This document shows, one piece after another, positions 44,255-61,017 of a DNA stretch of 64,000 bases. The translations under genes and the position numbers were made by a program. The stretch is from assembly GCA_000004695.1 (NCBI GenBank), contig CM000153.2, positions 2,912,001 to 2,976,000 of the forward strand, read 5' to 3'. How positions within the stretch are numbered: the first letter of the stretch is position 1; the number at the start of each line of letters is the position of its first letter. Under the pieces are notes generated by a model. The model was not told the DNA's origin. It did not search any database and was given only the letters and a program-made list of their open reading frames with translations. This DNA is from Dictyostelium discoideum. Its lineage: Eukaryota.

Positions 44255-45100
44255 AAAAATAATTATAAATTAAAAGTGTTTGGAAACTATTAATTACTAT
44301 AAATAAGTATTTTTAACACCATTTTTACATAACACTATTTTTTATTAACATTATTTTTTAATATTATCAGTAACTTTTTAACCCTCAAACTCAAAAAAAA
44401 AAAAAAATAAATTAATAAAAAAAAAAAAAAAAAAACCAAACGAATTAAAATTTAATTATTTGTTTTAATTTACAAGTATACATATGTAAAAAAGGTGAAC
44501 TTTTGTTTTTTTTTTTTTTATAATTAAAAATGTGTGTAAATTATTTCTATTGTTTGAGGAAGTTGCATTGGTTTGGAGGGAGCAAATTTGGTGCATTTTT
44601 TTTTTAAAATTTTAAAATGAAAAGTATTTACACAAGGTCATAGGTTTCCAGTCATTTTTTGAAAATGGGACTCTCACTGTCAAAATAAAAAACTGAATGC
44701 TAAAATTATCTCTTTTTATATTCACTTGCTAAAAATAATTTAATCTAATAAATTTAAAAAAAAAAAAAAAAACTATATACATTTATATTTATGCAATTAT
44801 TTAAATGTTCATTTAATTGGATGTTTTTTATTAATTGTTTAAATTAATATGTTCACTGAAAAATAGAGTTTTGTAAAAAAATAAACAATTCCCTCTTTTT
44901 TTTTTTTTTTTGGATTTTTTTTTTTCAAACAAATGCGCGCAAAAAAAAATTAAATAAGTGAAAAAGTGAAAAAAAAAAAATAAAAAAAAAAAAAATTTAT
45001 TATTATCTAATATCAATTTAGATAAAGGTATATTGCCACATTGTAATAAAAGGTATCTTTGTCTCAATTTACCACTGTTTTATCTTTCAACTAAGCAATC

Positions 45101-45131
<31 letters not shown>

Positions 45132-45138
45132 CAACAAT

Positions 45139-48755
<3,617 letters not shown>

Positions 48756-48974
48756 AATTTTATGCATTTTCATCATAAGTGTTATTTTTAATAATAAATA
48801 AATAAAATAAAATTATCATTGTTTATAATTTGTTTTTTTTTTTTTTTTTTTTGACAAAATTTCTCCTCAGTAATCGAGTTCTCCAAATTGTTTTTTTTAA
48901 AAAAAAAAAAAAAAAACAAAACACTCTCAAAAACAAAAATATCTTTTTTTTTTAAACAAAAAAAAAAAAAAAAA

Positions 48975-50133
48975 ATGGAAAACGAAGAAGAAATTTTTAA
49001 AAAATTATTAAAGAAAGCGTCAGCTTCATCATTCGAAAAAATTATAAATTTAGATTTAAATAATTGCAGTGTTGATTTTAATAAATATGTAAATAATAAC
49101 TCCTGTATAATAATGTCAATATAAAACAATTAAAATTCTAATTATTTATTTTAAAAAAAAAAAAAAAAAGGTTTTATTATTACCAAAATTAATTAATTTA
49201 AAATGTTTGATTTTAAGTAATAATAATACTAATCAACTACCACCATTTGAAAATTTACAATCATTAGAAGAATTATATTTAAGAAATTTTAGTGTAACAC
49301 CTCAACAAATTAACAAAACATCATTATCAACAGATTCAGATTTAACCAAATCATTTATTACAAAAATTAAGACATTAACAAAATTAAAACATTTGGTTAT
49401 CACTGGAACAAAATTTGATACAAATTCTTCAAAAGATTATATAATTCATTATTTAACAACTTTAGAAACTTTAAATTTCGAAAGTAATATGAACTATATA
49501 TTTATTTATTATTGTTTAAAAAATTAAAATAATCTAATTGAATTTAATTTTATTATTATTTTTATAGGAATAACAAATGAAAAAAGACAGGATGTAAATA
49601 ATAGAATAAAACTTATAAGAGAAAAACATTTAATTAATAAAAGTCCAACCTCTGCAAAAATATTAACTACACCAAATAAAACAGTAGTAAATAGACAACA
49701 ACCACAGGATTTATCAACAAAGAAATTAGTAAATACAACATCATCCATTATAAACATTTCAAAGTCAACACCAAATAAATTACAAAATCAAGTTCAATCA
49801 TCACCAAAGCTTTCAAGTCCAATAACTAAGAATAAAGAACAAATAGTTTCAACAACTTCACCTCAAAAACTTAATAATAAGGTTGATTTTAAATTACCAC
49901 CACAAATTATTGATAGAAACTCTCCAAAACACCAACCAAAAATACAATCAGATGTTTCATCACCATTACCAATTGAAATTATTCCAAATATAATTGAAAA
50001 AACATCTGATAGATTAAATGGCCAAAGTAACCTTATTCAAGCCATTTCCTTATTAATAGGCTCCATCACAACACTCAATGATATTGATTTCATCGAAGAC
50101 ATATTATATGAAAGAAAAAAAATATTAAAATAA
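48975..50133 (+). CDS. Leucine-rich repeat protein, about 331 aa, 3 exons (tentative)
   Basis: Exons 48975..49088 (MENEEEIFKKLLKKASASSFEKIINLDLNNCSVDFNKY), 49171..49483 and 49568..50133, with phases 0 and 1 consistent and donors GTAAAT and GTAATA. LRR units: LKCLILSNNNTNQLPPFENLQSLEELYLRNFSV and LKHLVITGTKF. The C-terminal part is an S/T/K-rich tail. Confidence 0.5.
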
Positions 50134-50384
50134 AATTATAAAAGAATTATTTGTTTGAACTATTTTTTTTTTTTTTTTTTTCAATCTCCGTTTATTATTT
50201 TTTTAAGAACCATTTTATTTATGCATTTAACTAAATAGATAATTTTAAAAAAAAAAAATAAAAATAATAATAAAAATGTCATGAATAGATATTATTTAAG
50301 AGATGGACGGGGCAGATATAGATTTTTTCTGATTAATTTTATTTTGGTAATTTTTTTTATTATGAGGAACATCAATGAAATCAA

Positions 50385-50422
<38 letters not shown>

Positions 50423-50652
50423 TATTTGGTATTAAAAAAGATTAAGGAAAATAAAAAAAATTAAACTGGTTAATTAAAAAAAAAAAAAAAAAAAATTTCT
50501 GATTTATTTTTGAGTAATCTCTTATCTGTATCTATTTTTGGAATTTAAAAAAGGTGAGGAAAAAATTTAAAAAAAATAAAAATAAAAAGTTAAAAAACAA
50601 TGAACAAAGTTTTGGGATTTATTTGATGATCATTTTATTTTAATAAAAATAA

Positions 50653-50790
50653 TATTTATGGTAGCATAACTGATTTTCCTGATAATGATCTGGGTTGTTG
50701 TGGAGTTGGTGAGGTTTTAGAAAAGTCTGATAATTCTTTAAATGGGCCGCCTTTACGAGGACCACTTGATACATCTGGTTTAATTCCGAA
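50653..50790 (-). CDS. Orphan GC-richer terminal exon on the minus strand (IDFGIKPDVSSGPRKGGPFKELSDFSKTSPTPQQPRSLSGKSVMLP*), partner exon unresolved
   Basis: Good acceptor (ttaataatag|at, phase 1), an open frame ending in TAA, and GC content far above the flanking intergenic DNA. The plus strand is also open here but runs into poly-A, so minus is preferred. Confidence 0.3.
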
Positions 50791-51696
50791 ATCTATTATT
50801 AATAAAAAATTAAAAAAAAAAAAAAAAATAATAATAATATAAAATTAATAAAAAAAACCAAAATAAATAAAAAATTTAAAATACAAATAACAAGAATAAA
50901 AAAAAAAATGGAATCCATAATAAAAATAAAAAATTTTACTCATTTTGTTTTATATAAAAAGAAGAATTGTAAATAAATTTGTTTTTGTAAAAAAAAAAAA
51001 ATAAAAAAAAAAACATGGTTTGCTAAAATTTGAAAAAAAAAAAAAATTAAAAAATAAAAATAAAAATATCAAATATTTAGATTTTTATTGAAATTTTTGA
51101 AAATCACTTTATTTATAGGGATTTTTTGGACCATTAACAATTAATAATATAAACTGACAATTTTCCTAACAATACAAGTTATTAAATTAAAATAGTTGAA
51201 TCAATTATTTTAATCTAAATTATATATTTAATTAATGTCAAAGTGCTAGAACAATCATATCATCTTTTTTTTTTTTATTTTTTTGTGGTCTCTCTACATT
51301 TTATAAAAAAAAAATATAAATAAATTTTATTTTTTAATGGGGTTTGTGATGTGGGATTTGGGAAAAGATTGTGTTGTGAAAAAAATACCAGTTAACAAAA
51401 TCAAATTAATTATTATAAAAGTTTTTAAAAAACCAAAAAATAAAGATATGCGCGTCAAAGATTTCAGTAAAAATCTAATTTTTTTTTTTTTTTTTTACAA
51501 AAAAATAATGGTTTTTTTTTTTTTTTTTGTAACCAAAAATATTTGCATTTTTTAAATTTATAATAGCAACATGGGTAATATTTATTTTCAATTTCAATTC
51601 TATTTTTTATTTTATTCTTAAAATAATAAATAAATTGTTTTTTTTTTTTTTTTTTATTAATACCTATTATTTTTATTATTATTAATACATATAATT

Positions 51697-51804
51697 TTAA
51701 TCAACAGTATCAACACGAATAGATGATCGAGGAGGAAGTGGAGGAAAAAATAAACAAGGAATTGTTTTTCCAATAACTCCTAAACCTATCCAAGCCCCAA
51801 CCAT
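51697..51804 (-). CDS. Candidate small ORF/exon: 35-aa hydrophobic peptide MVGAWIGLGVIGKTIPCLFFPPLPPRSSIRVDTVD in a GC-rich island
   Basis: ATG...TAA on the minus strand inside a roughly 45% GC island (51720..51840) surrounded by DNA that is more than 85% AT. It could alternatively be the first exon spliced to the 50790 exon via a weak GTGTTG donor; the phases 1+2 would fit. Confidence 0.25.
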   Translation of the reverse strand: MVGAWIGLGVIGKTIPCLFFPPLPPRSSIRVDTVD

Positions 51805-51876
51805 ACCAATTGGATCAAATAAACCAATTTTTCAACCATAATTTTCATTTAATTTAAAAATAAATTTATTTAAATA

Positions 51877-51921
<45 letters not shown>

Positions 51922-52200
51922 AAATAATTATTGTTATAATATATTATTTATGGTTTCTATTAAAAAAAGTAAAATTAAAAAAATATCTAAAATACAAAAA
52001 AGAGATATCAAACTCCTTTATTGTTTTTTTTTTGAAAACAAATTATTAATAAATCGAAAAAATAAATTTTAATTTGAGTTAAATCGAAAATAAAAAACAA
52101 TTAAATGATAATTCCATTTTTTATTATTACTATTTTTTTATTATTTTTCTTTTTTCTTTTTTTTTTTTTTTTTTTTTTTGTTATGTTTAAAAACAATAGT

Positions 52201-52331
52201 TTAATCTAAATCTATTAATTTTGTTCCATGAACAGAGGGAGGTGAGTTTGGATTTATATTTGTATTTGAAGTTTCAGTTTTAGTGGTTGAAGTCTCTGTT
52301 TTTTTATTTGAAATTAGTTTTGTAATTTTAC

Positions 52332-52362
<31 letters not shown>

Positions 52363-52662
52363 GGGTGGAATAGGTTTTGAAGTTGTGTTTGTTGAATACA
52401 TTGAACTAATTGTAGTAAGAGGAGGTTCGTCTGGTTTTTTATAAACTGAAGAAGGCACCTTTATTTCTTCATTTGAGCCGTCGTCTGTTGGTTTTTCAAC
52501 TTTGTTATCTCCTTTTGAGGTTTTCAATGGTTGAATTATATTATTTTTGGCAAGTGATATATTTGTATCAATTCTATCTAAAATATTTAATATATTTGAA
52601 TCTTCTCCAACATAATTTTCATCATCATCATCTTCTAAATTGTTTACATTTTTAAATCCCAT
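52201..52662 (-). CDS. Hypothetical S/T/N-rich protein of 153 aa
   Basis: ATG ORF with a poly-N tract and no recognisable domain. It could be one exon of a larger gene. Confidence 0.35.
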
Positions 52663-52671
52663 ACTTATGCT

Positions 52672-52731
<60 letters not shown>

Positions 52732-52866
52732 TTAAATTGAAAAATAAAAAAATTAAAAAAAAAAAAAAAATTAAAAAAATTAATTTGTCTAAAAAAAAAA
52801 TAAAAAAAAAAAAAAAAAAAAAAATTATTTTTTAAATTAAATTGCTGAAATAATGAGCCCGAAGGG

Positions 52867-52897
<31 letters not shown>

Positions 52898-53338
52898 TAG
52901 CCTGGTGGAATTGTTTTGTTGTTTTGTGAGTTAAATTAAAAAAGTAAAAGTAAAATAAAAAATAAAAAATAAAAAAAAAATAATAATTATGGTATAAGGA
53001 TTAAAAAAATAGTAATAAAAAAAATAAAAAATGATTTTTTAAGTAAGTTTGAACTAATAAAAAAATAATTAGTATCTTTTTTATTTTTTTTTGGCACTAT
53101 TTTTTTTTTTTTTTTTTTTTTTATTAAAACTCTATTAAATAAAAAATAATTATGGATAGTTTGGAAAAAAAAAAGTAAATTCTTACAGTTGAGATTTTTT
53201 TTTTTTTTTGGAATAATATTAATAATAATTTTTTTTTATTTTATTTTATTTTATTTTTTTTTGTTCTTTTTAATGCGCTATTAAAAAGTTGTCGTTTTGA
53301 TTTATAAAGTGAAGATCACTTGAAAATGATATTTTTCA

Positions 53339-55249
53339 TTATCTAGAGTTATCATTTATCATCTGTAAATCTCTTGAAAATGAGAGACGTTTCCAAAATC
53401 TTGGACTAGCGGAAGTGAAAAGTTTTGGAGGGGTTTTATCTTTCTTTGATTTCTGTAATTGTACATATTCATCATGTTTTTGTTGAAGGTCAGTGATTTT
53501 TGAAACTTCATTCAAATAATTGTCATATTCTTCCTTGGTGACGATGAGATTTGCCTTGAGTTCCTCTTGTTCCTGATAGGAGAAACCAATGTTATCAAGA
53601 TAGCCTGGAACACTACCATACATTTTATCGATCCAAGTCAAAAGACCCTCCATAGTCCAACGATGGGATCTTACAAATTCATCTTTTGCTAAACCTACAC
53701 GAGTAAAGTATTTCTTAATTTGGTCGATGAATTGGGCGATATTTGCTTCAGACTTTGAATAGTCATCGATTACGACTTCTCTTGATACACCCAATGCCGA
53801 TAAGAGCAATGCTGATACCATACCGGTACGATCTTTACCCAATGAACAATAGTACATGATTGGATAGTTATCAGGATTCTTTAAGATTCTAAAGATGGTA
53901 AGGATTTCCTCCTTGGTGTAAATCAATGTCAATTTGTACATCTCTATGATACCCAAATCATTTAGATGATTCATTAACATGTAACCACCGATTTGATCAT
54001 TGAATAAGAGGTAACGAGCTGCATTACATTTTAATTTGGTATCATTTGGTGCAGTTGCGTAAACACCCTCTAAAAAAAATTTATTATTAATTAATGGTAT
54101 ACAAAAACGTTTTCTTAAAACACCACTACTATGTGAACGTAATTTTGTCAATTCTTCTGGTGTCAAATTTCTATTATAAATTCTCCATAAAATACCATTT
54201 CTTTGTTCCTCCATATCTTTTTGTTTTTCATTCTTTCTTTCAATTGCAACTGGGATTCCTCCACCTGATTTTCTTAAACTTACACCACCACCACTACCAT
54301 TACTATTGCTACTTGTCAAATTTGGACTTTTATTACCATTATTATTACTATTACTACTCAAACTACCACCTAAATTATTATTTTCATTAACATTGGTACT
54401 ATTATTAAAACCACTATTATTTAAATTATTATTACCATTATTACCCATTCCGCTGTTACCCAAACCACTATTGTTACCCATGCCACTATTACCCAAATTA
54501 TTATTACCCATGCCACTATTACCCAAACCACTATTACCCAAACCACTATTACCTAAATTACTACCTTTTGAATTTGCTAATTCACTACTAATTTGTGATC
54601 TTTGAGATGGTGGTGACGGTCTACCATCATCTTTTATTGAATATTGTATGAAATTATCTTCAAACTTTCTAACTGGTGATATAGTTTTATTCTCCCATGA
54701 TGTTCTTAAATCTATTAATGTTTTTATATTTAATACTTCTAATAACCAAAATTCATCACTAACTGTTGCATTTGTTGGTCCTGCTGATCTACATACTACT
54801 CCTGGTCTTACAACATTTTGGCCACTAAAGAAATTTTATACATTTTAAATAAATAAAAAAAAAATAAAAAAATTTTATTATTATTATTATTATTAGTATT
54901 GTGTCTATTAAAAAAAAAAAATATGTAAAAATAAAAAATTAAATAATTACTCTCCAATTGGTATACCACCTAACGATCTAAAATTTGATATTGCTTCCAA
55001 ATTGATACCTTTGGTGAAAGAATAAAAAAGTATGGAAAATAAGGGAAAACATAAATAAAAAAATAAGAGAATGGTCAGTATGAGAAAAGTAAAATTATGG
55101 GTTATTATAAATGATATAACAAATGAAATAACAAATAAATTTGTTATATAATGATATGAATGATCCATACTACTTCCTGGTTGATTATCTAATTTAAATG
55201 TTGAGGTCCCAATTACTGGTTCTATTTCCTCAAATTGTGGGGCACTCAT
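53339..55249 (-). CDS. Protein tyrosine/serine phosphatase of the Y_phosphatase3 (PF13350) family, 3 exons
   Basis: Proposed complement(join(53339..54824, 54951..55008, 55171..55249)). The N-terminal family motif NFRSLGGIPIG|D|GQNVVRPGVVCRSAGP (NFRDLGG...G.LYRS) is split over exons 2 and 3, and the splice phases 1 and 2 reproduce it exactly. A DLRTSWE motif follows. The CX5R catalytic loop is YCSLGKDRTGMVSALLL. A G/N-rich GNSG[LM]GNN repeat block is inserted between the N-terminal motif and the catalytic domain. The exon 1 donor is ambiguous between 55171 and 55174. Confidence 0.8.
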
Positions 55250-55260
55250 TTTTTTATGTT

Positions 55261-55316
<56 letters not shown>

Positions 55317-55389
55317 TACTGATACTAATATTACTAATTATTATTACCTAATTATTTTAAATATTAAATATTTTTATTTATTTTTCTTT

Positions 55390-55429
<40 letters not shown>

Positions 55430-56573
55430 TTATTATTATTAATTTGTGGTCGTTTTTTTTGTTAACCCAATTTTTTTTTTTTTTTTTTTTTAAATTTTTT
55501 TAAATTTTTTTTTTTTTAAAAAAAAAAATTTTATTTTAAAAAAAATTAAATATTAAATGTACAAATAGTAATAATAACTGTTTATAAAAAAAAAAAATAT
55601 GGATTTATTTTTTATAAACTATGTCGATGTCTATTATTTGTAAATAAATTTATTATAAATTTATTATCTATGTTTTTTTTTTTTTGGTGTGTGTGTGAGG
55701 CGGGTGTGGGAAAAAAAAAAAAAAAAATAAAAAATAAAATAAAAAAGAAAATAAAACTTTTTTAAAAAAAAAATATTAAAAAATTAAAAAAATTATTAAA
55801 TAATATAAATAGTAATTTAAAGATTAGTTTTAATAAAAACAAATTTTTTATGTAAATTAAAAAAAAAAAAAAAATATTTATAAATATAAAAGGAAAAAAA
55901 AAATAAAAAATTAAAAAAATAAAAAAGATATTTAAATATAAGTTGCTTGTTAAAAAAAAAATAAAAAAAATATAAAATATAAAAAGTCTAAAAGCCTAAA
56001 TACGCTTTCGATTTTTTTTTTGTAAAATTTGAATAAAATATAAAATAAAATTAAAAAAAAAAAAAAAAAAAGTTTAAATATAAAAAAAAATTAAAAAAAA
56101 AAAATAAAAAATAAAAAAAAATAAAAAATTAATTTGAGTCTTGCAACCATCTTGATTGTCAAAAACACAAAAACGTGCAATTTGTTTCAGAACATATTCC
56201 AAACTCAAAATTTTTTCTTTAATTTTATTTGAAATTTGTGTGATAATTTCTCATAATTTGTTTAATTTTTTTTCTATTTTTAAATTGAAAATTAAAAATA
56301 GATTAAATTATTAAAAATAACTATATTTTTGTCATATTGTTATAATAAAAATGATTTGCCAAATAAAAAAAATAAATAAATAAAAAATAAAAAATTTAAA
56401 TATTTGTATTAATAAAATAAATCAATTTAATTTATTTTATTTATTTGTTTTTATTTTTTATTATTTTTTTTTATTATTTTTATTATTATTTTATTTTTAG
56501 AAAAAAAAAAAATAATAAATTTCTATTACTAAATTCTATTATTTGTTGCTATTTTTTATTTATTTATTTAATT

Positions 56574-56605
<32 letters not shown>

Positions 56606-56643
56606 GTTTATTTATTTATTTATTTATATATTTACTTATTTAT

Positions 56644-56868
56644 TTAAAGTTCATACGCATCATCTCTAGTATCGGATGGTAATTGGTATGATTTCTTTTC
56701 ATTACTTATTCCATTTATACTTTCATCATTATTATCATCATTACTTGTTGAAATAATTCCAACAATTTTAGTTGATGATGATTTTGTGGTGGTAGAGGTG
56801 GTAGTAATTGGTGCGATTGTATAGGTCCCATTATTATCATTTGAATTATTGTTATTATTATTACTATT

Positions 56869-56901
<33 letters not shown>

Positions 56902-57773
56902 ATTATCATCATCATTATTATTGTTACTATTGTTATTATTATTATTATGATTATTATTATTATTATTACTATAATAATTTCCAATGAAATCATATTCATT
57001 TGCTTGTGATTCAAATATTGAATTATCTTGATCATTTTGATTTAGTTGAGGAATATCTAAAGAAGGATGTGGAGCAATGTAATTCATTAATTGGTTAGAG
57101 AATTGTCTTGCCATTGTTTTACTCGAACTAACCAATGGTTTGACAGCAGATACAGCTTTGGTTGCAGCAATTATACCATTCTCTTGAACTTTACTCCATG
57201 TAGTATTAGTTGAGTTAATATCATCACCACTACTATAAAATTCTTGACTATAACTACTCTTTAAAATATGTGTATTATAAATTTGTTGTTTTTGTTGTTC
57301 ACCATTATCATCGATATTATCAAAATTATTATTATTATTATTGCTACTATTATTATTATTATTATTAATTTGATTACGTAAAAATGTTGAAGTAAATGAA
57401 AATAATTGAGAGAATTGATTTGTTAATGGTTGTAAATCTTTAATTGAAGTTGTTAATTTATCTTGAAATCTATCCAACATATCAGAAGGTGGACCAGATG
57501 GATGAACTGGATAGTTTAATTGTGGTAATGGTAAATTTTGAAACATTTGTTTTTTCCAAAGATAAAAGTTTTTAGTAGTTGTCCAACGACGTATCCAACT
57601 ATCATTATATTGTGCTAATTGATCCATATTTGTTAAAACATTCTTTCCATCTTCAATCTTTATAAATCTACAAATTGAACTTAATAAACAAACTATATAA
57701 TTTTCAAATTGATCCCTAATCCATTTATCACAACCTTCTTTATAAACTGCATTATCATTATCACTATTATTAC

Positions 57774-57819
<46 letters not shown>

Positions 57820-59150
57820 ATTACTATTATTTCTATTATATAATTCAACTTTATCATAAATATTATCAATAAATCTACGATCTGAAGAAGTTAATTCCAT
57901 AATTCTATTTAATGATTCATCTTTGAATTGAATTTCACCATTTTGTATATCAACTATTGCATGAACGGTTGAAGGTGGGTTCTTTAAGAATAAACTATTA
58001 CTTGTACCAACTAAAAATCCATTAAAAGTTTTACCACTACCTTGTTGGGGTGGTAATAGTAGTGAGATTTGTTGTAATGGTAGATAAGGCTGTAAAATCA
58101 TACCACCACTTCCATAAACTTTCTCACCATCACTATTGGTGGTATTATTATCTTTACCATCATTAAACAATGGTATTGGTAAACCCAATTGATTTAACAC
58201 CATCTCTTCAGAGGTTGATGTGGTCCAATCAATTTGAAAATCATTTGAAATCGATTGATTTGTACTAAATAATAGATCATATGATTTGGAATGTAATGAT
58301 AATACACTCATTATTGCTTCAGACACTGGTGATACAGGTTGTGGACAAAATACCACAACACCTCTCTCTAACATTATCAATTTAAAAAATACTAAACTAT
58401 TTCTACCAAAATGCATTATTAATTTTTTTAATGACATTGATCCAAATAAAAAATCTGAATTAATTGGTATTAATTTCTTATTATTATTATTATTATTTTC
58501 TAAAACTTGGTTCATTTGATAACCAAAACTATTATTAATTACTAATTTTTCATTATTTCTCTCTTTAAATTCATTATTTTGTGCATGAAACCATGTAACT
58601 AATAGGTCTGTATTTTGAAAATCACCTTGATTAAAATAACATATTGTTGCACTTGATAATTGTGTTTTAAATGAATTAAAAATTGGCTTTTTTTTTTATT
58701 TTTCAAAGTAATAAAAAAAATAAAAAAAATAAAATTTTGATTAATAATTTTATATTTTTATTTGATATTTTATTAAAAAAAAAAAAAAAAAAAAAAAAGA
58801 TAATTTACAAATTTACTTAAAATAACAACAGATTTTTGAATACTTGAACGAGTATCTTCAGGTGTAATTGCTTGTTTTGGTAAATCTCTTTTATTTTTTT
58901 GTTTAAAATAACTGAGACCATATAATTTTTTTGAAGGTGATGTTGTTGGATTAATCTCTTCCATTATAAAGAATGTATAATCTTCAAAACTATTATGAAC
59001 GCCATCTGCTATACCATAGAATGGTAATAAATTCCAATTGTATTGTTTTTTACTTTCTTCATCTAAATCTGGATAAAGAAATTCAATTCTATGTCCTAAT
59101 GAATGATGAAATCCAATAACACCAATATATTCAATTAAATTTATTGACAT
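56644..59150 (-). CDS. AVL9 (late secretory pathway protein Avl9, DENN-like) homolog, about 795 aa, 2 exons
   Basis: Proposed complement(join(56644..58686, 58809..59150)); a GTAAAT donor after ...VVILSKF and an acceptor aaaag|CCA, both in phase 0. The protein aligns with human AVL9: IEYIGVIGFHHSLGHRIEFLYPD (HIVVVGFHHKKGCQVEFSYPP), LPFYGIADGVHNSFEDYTFF, SIQKSVVILSKF|PIFNSFKTQL (VQKSVCVLSKLPLYGLLQAKLQ), LIMHFGRNSLVFFKLIMLERGVVVFCP...AIMSVLSL. Confidence 0.85.
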
Positions 59151-59536
59151 TTTTTTTTTTTTTTTTTTTAATTATTGTTTTTGTTACTATTATTATTTAT
59201 AATTTATTATTATTATTATTTACTATTTATTATTATTATTATCTATAAAAGAAGTACTATTATATTATATATTGACTTTTGATACTACTCAAATTATTGG
59301 TAAAATTAAATTAAAAAAAAAAAATTAAAAAAAATAAAAAAAAAATTTTTAAAAAAAAAAAAAAAAAAAAAATTTAAAAAAAAATAAAATAAAATTGAAT
59401 TAATATTTTAATTTACCAAAATCAGATAAATTAAAAATTTTATTACTCCTAATAGAGCATTCAAATAAATAAATAACTTTTTAAAAAAAAAAAATTAAGA
59501 AAATAAAATAAAATAAAAATAATTATTAAAAACAGG

Positions 59537-59576
<40 letters not shown>

Positions 59577-59805
59577 ATAGTTTAAATCTAAATGAAGTTC
59601 AATTAAATAATTGGAATTTCTGATCAACCAAATATTAACAATAATTGTCTCCGTCACAAAAAAAAAAAAATTAAATAATTTGTCGGCTTTTGCACAATTG
59701 AGACAATGATACACTTTAAAAAATAAACAAAAATAAAAGAAAAATAAAAAAAAATCGTTTTTTCGGCAACTCGCTTAATTTTTAATTTTTAATTATTTTT
59801 TTTTA

Positions 59806-59837
<32 letters not shown>

Positions 59838-59988
59838 TTAGTATATTTGTTTTTTTTATTTTTTTTTTTATTTTTTTTATTTAAATTAAATTGTTCACCA
59901 CACACAATTATTTATATAAATAATAGAATATAATTCTATTTGTATTTTTTAGCGTATTTTTATTTAAATTATAGATATATATATAAAC

Positions 59989-60026
<38 letters not shown>

Positions 60027-60048
60027 TCAACAACTGAAATTCACCCAA

Positions 60049-60780
60049 ATGTCAAGAGAAGTTATTTTTACTGAAAAAGAAATTAAAGAAAGAGTTTCAG
60101 AATTAGGTAGACAAATCACTCAAGTAAGTAAAACTCAATTTCCAAATACTCTAACATGTTTTTTTTTTTTTTTTTTCACACAAAAAAAAAAATCCCAACA
60201 TGAAAAAGCGAAAAATAAAAAAAAAAAAAAAATATCTGGCCTGATAAATGATATTTGAATATTTTATTAATTGTTTTTTTTTTATTTTATTTTTTAATTA
60301 TTATTATTTTAGGATTATAAAGATAGTAAAAATTTAGTTTTAGTTGGAATTTTAAAAGGATCATTTGTTTTTATGTCAGATTTAGTTCGTTCAATTCATT
60401 TACCAAATACCAATGTATCATTAGAGTTTATGTCAATTTCATCTTATGGCGCAGAGACATCATCAAGTGGAGTCATTCGTATTATGATGGATTTAAGAAC
60501 CAGTATTGAAGGTAAAGATGTTTTAATCATTGAAGATATCGTTGACTCTGGTTTAACCTTAAAACATTTAATGGAATTATTGAATCATCGTAATCCAAAT
60601 TCACTTCATACCGCCGTTTTACTTCGTAAAAAAGAAGGTCTCAAAGTTGAAGTACCAGTTAAATATATGGGCTTTGATATTCCAATGGTTTTCATCATTG
60701 GTTATGGTTTAGATTTTGCTGAAAATTATAGAGAATTACCATATTTAGGTGAATTAAAAGAAGAATGTTATAAAAAATAA
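60049..60780 (+). CDS. hprT: Hypoxanthine-guanine phosphoribosyltransferase, compact bacterial-type Hpt, 181 aa, 2 exons
   Basis: Exons 60049..60123 and 60313..60780, phase 0, donor GTAAGT. ...VSELGRQITQ|DYKDSKNLVLVGILKGSFVFMSDL...SSYG...GKDVLIIEDIVDSGLTL...GFDIPMVFIIGYGLDFAENYRELPYLG is collinear with my recollection of E. coli Hpt ([35 protein letters not shown]...GKDVLIVEDIIDSGNTL...FVVGYGIDYAQRYRHLPYIG). The PRPP-binding motif VLIIEDIVDSG is present. Confidence 0.9.
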
Positions 60781-60827
60781 ATAAATTTTAAAGAAAAAAA
60801 AAAAAAGAAATTATAATCATTTATTTT

Positions 60828-60838
<11 letters not shown>

Positions 60839-60903
<65 letters not shown>
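60839..60903. repeat. (AAT)n microsatellite of about 65 bp, intergenic
   Basis: Pure aat repeats immediately 3' of hprT. Confidence 0.9.
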
Positions 60904-60905
<2 letters not shown>

Positions 60906-61017
60906 TTATATTTTACAAATATTTATTATATTTATTTGTTTATATTACCATTATTTTTTAATTTTTTTTTTTTTTTTTTTTATCGATATTTACAAGTGTT
61001 TTTTTATTCCAATTATT

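Noticed and set aside
50626-50810. Plus-strand open frame across the GC-rich island
   Set aside because: It has no start codon and runs directly into poly-A (a K-run); the minus-strand reading has a proper acceptor and stop.
54541-54541. Track start codons for several ORFs (3967, 31248, 39503, 41533, 54541)
   Set aside because: These M residues correspond to TTG or GTG, which are bacterial alternative starts. The real eukaryotic starts are the ATGs, or the splice junctions, given in the features.
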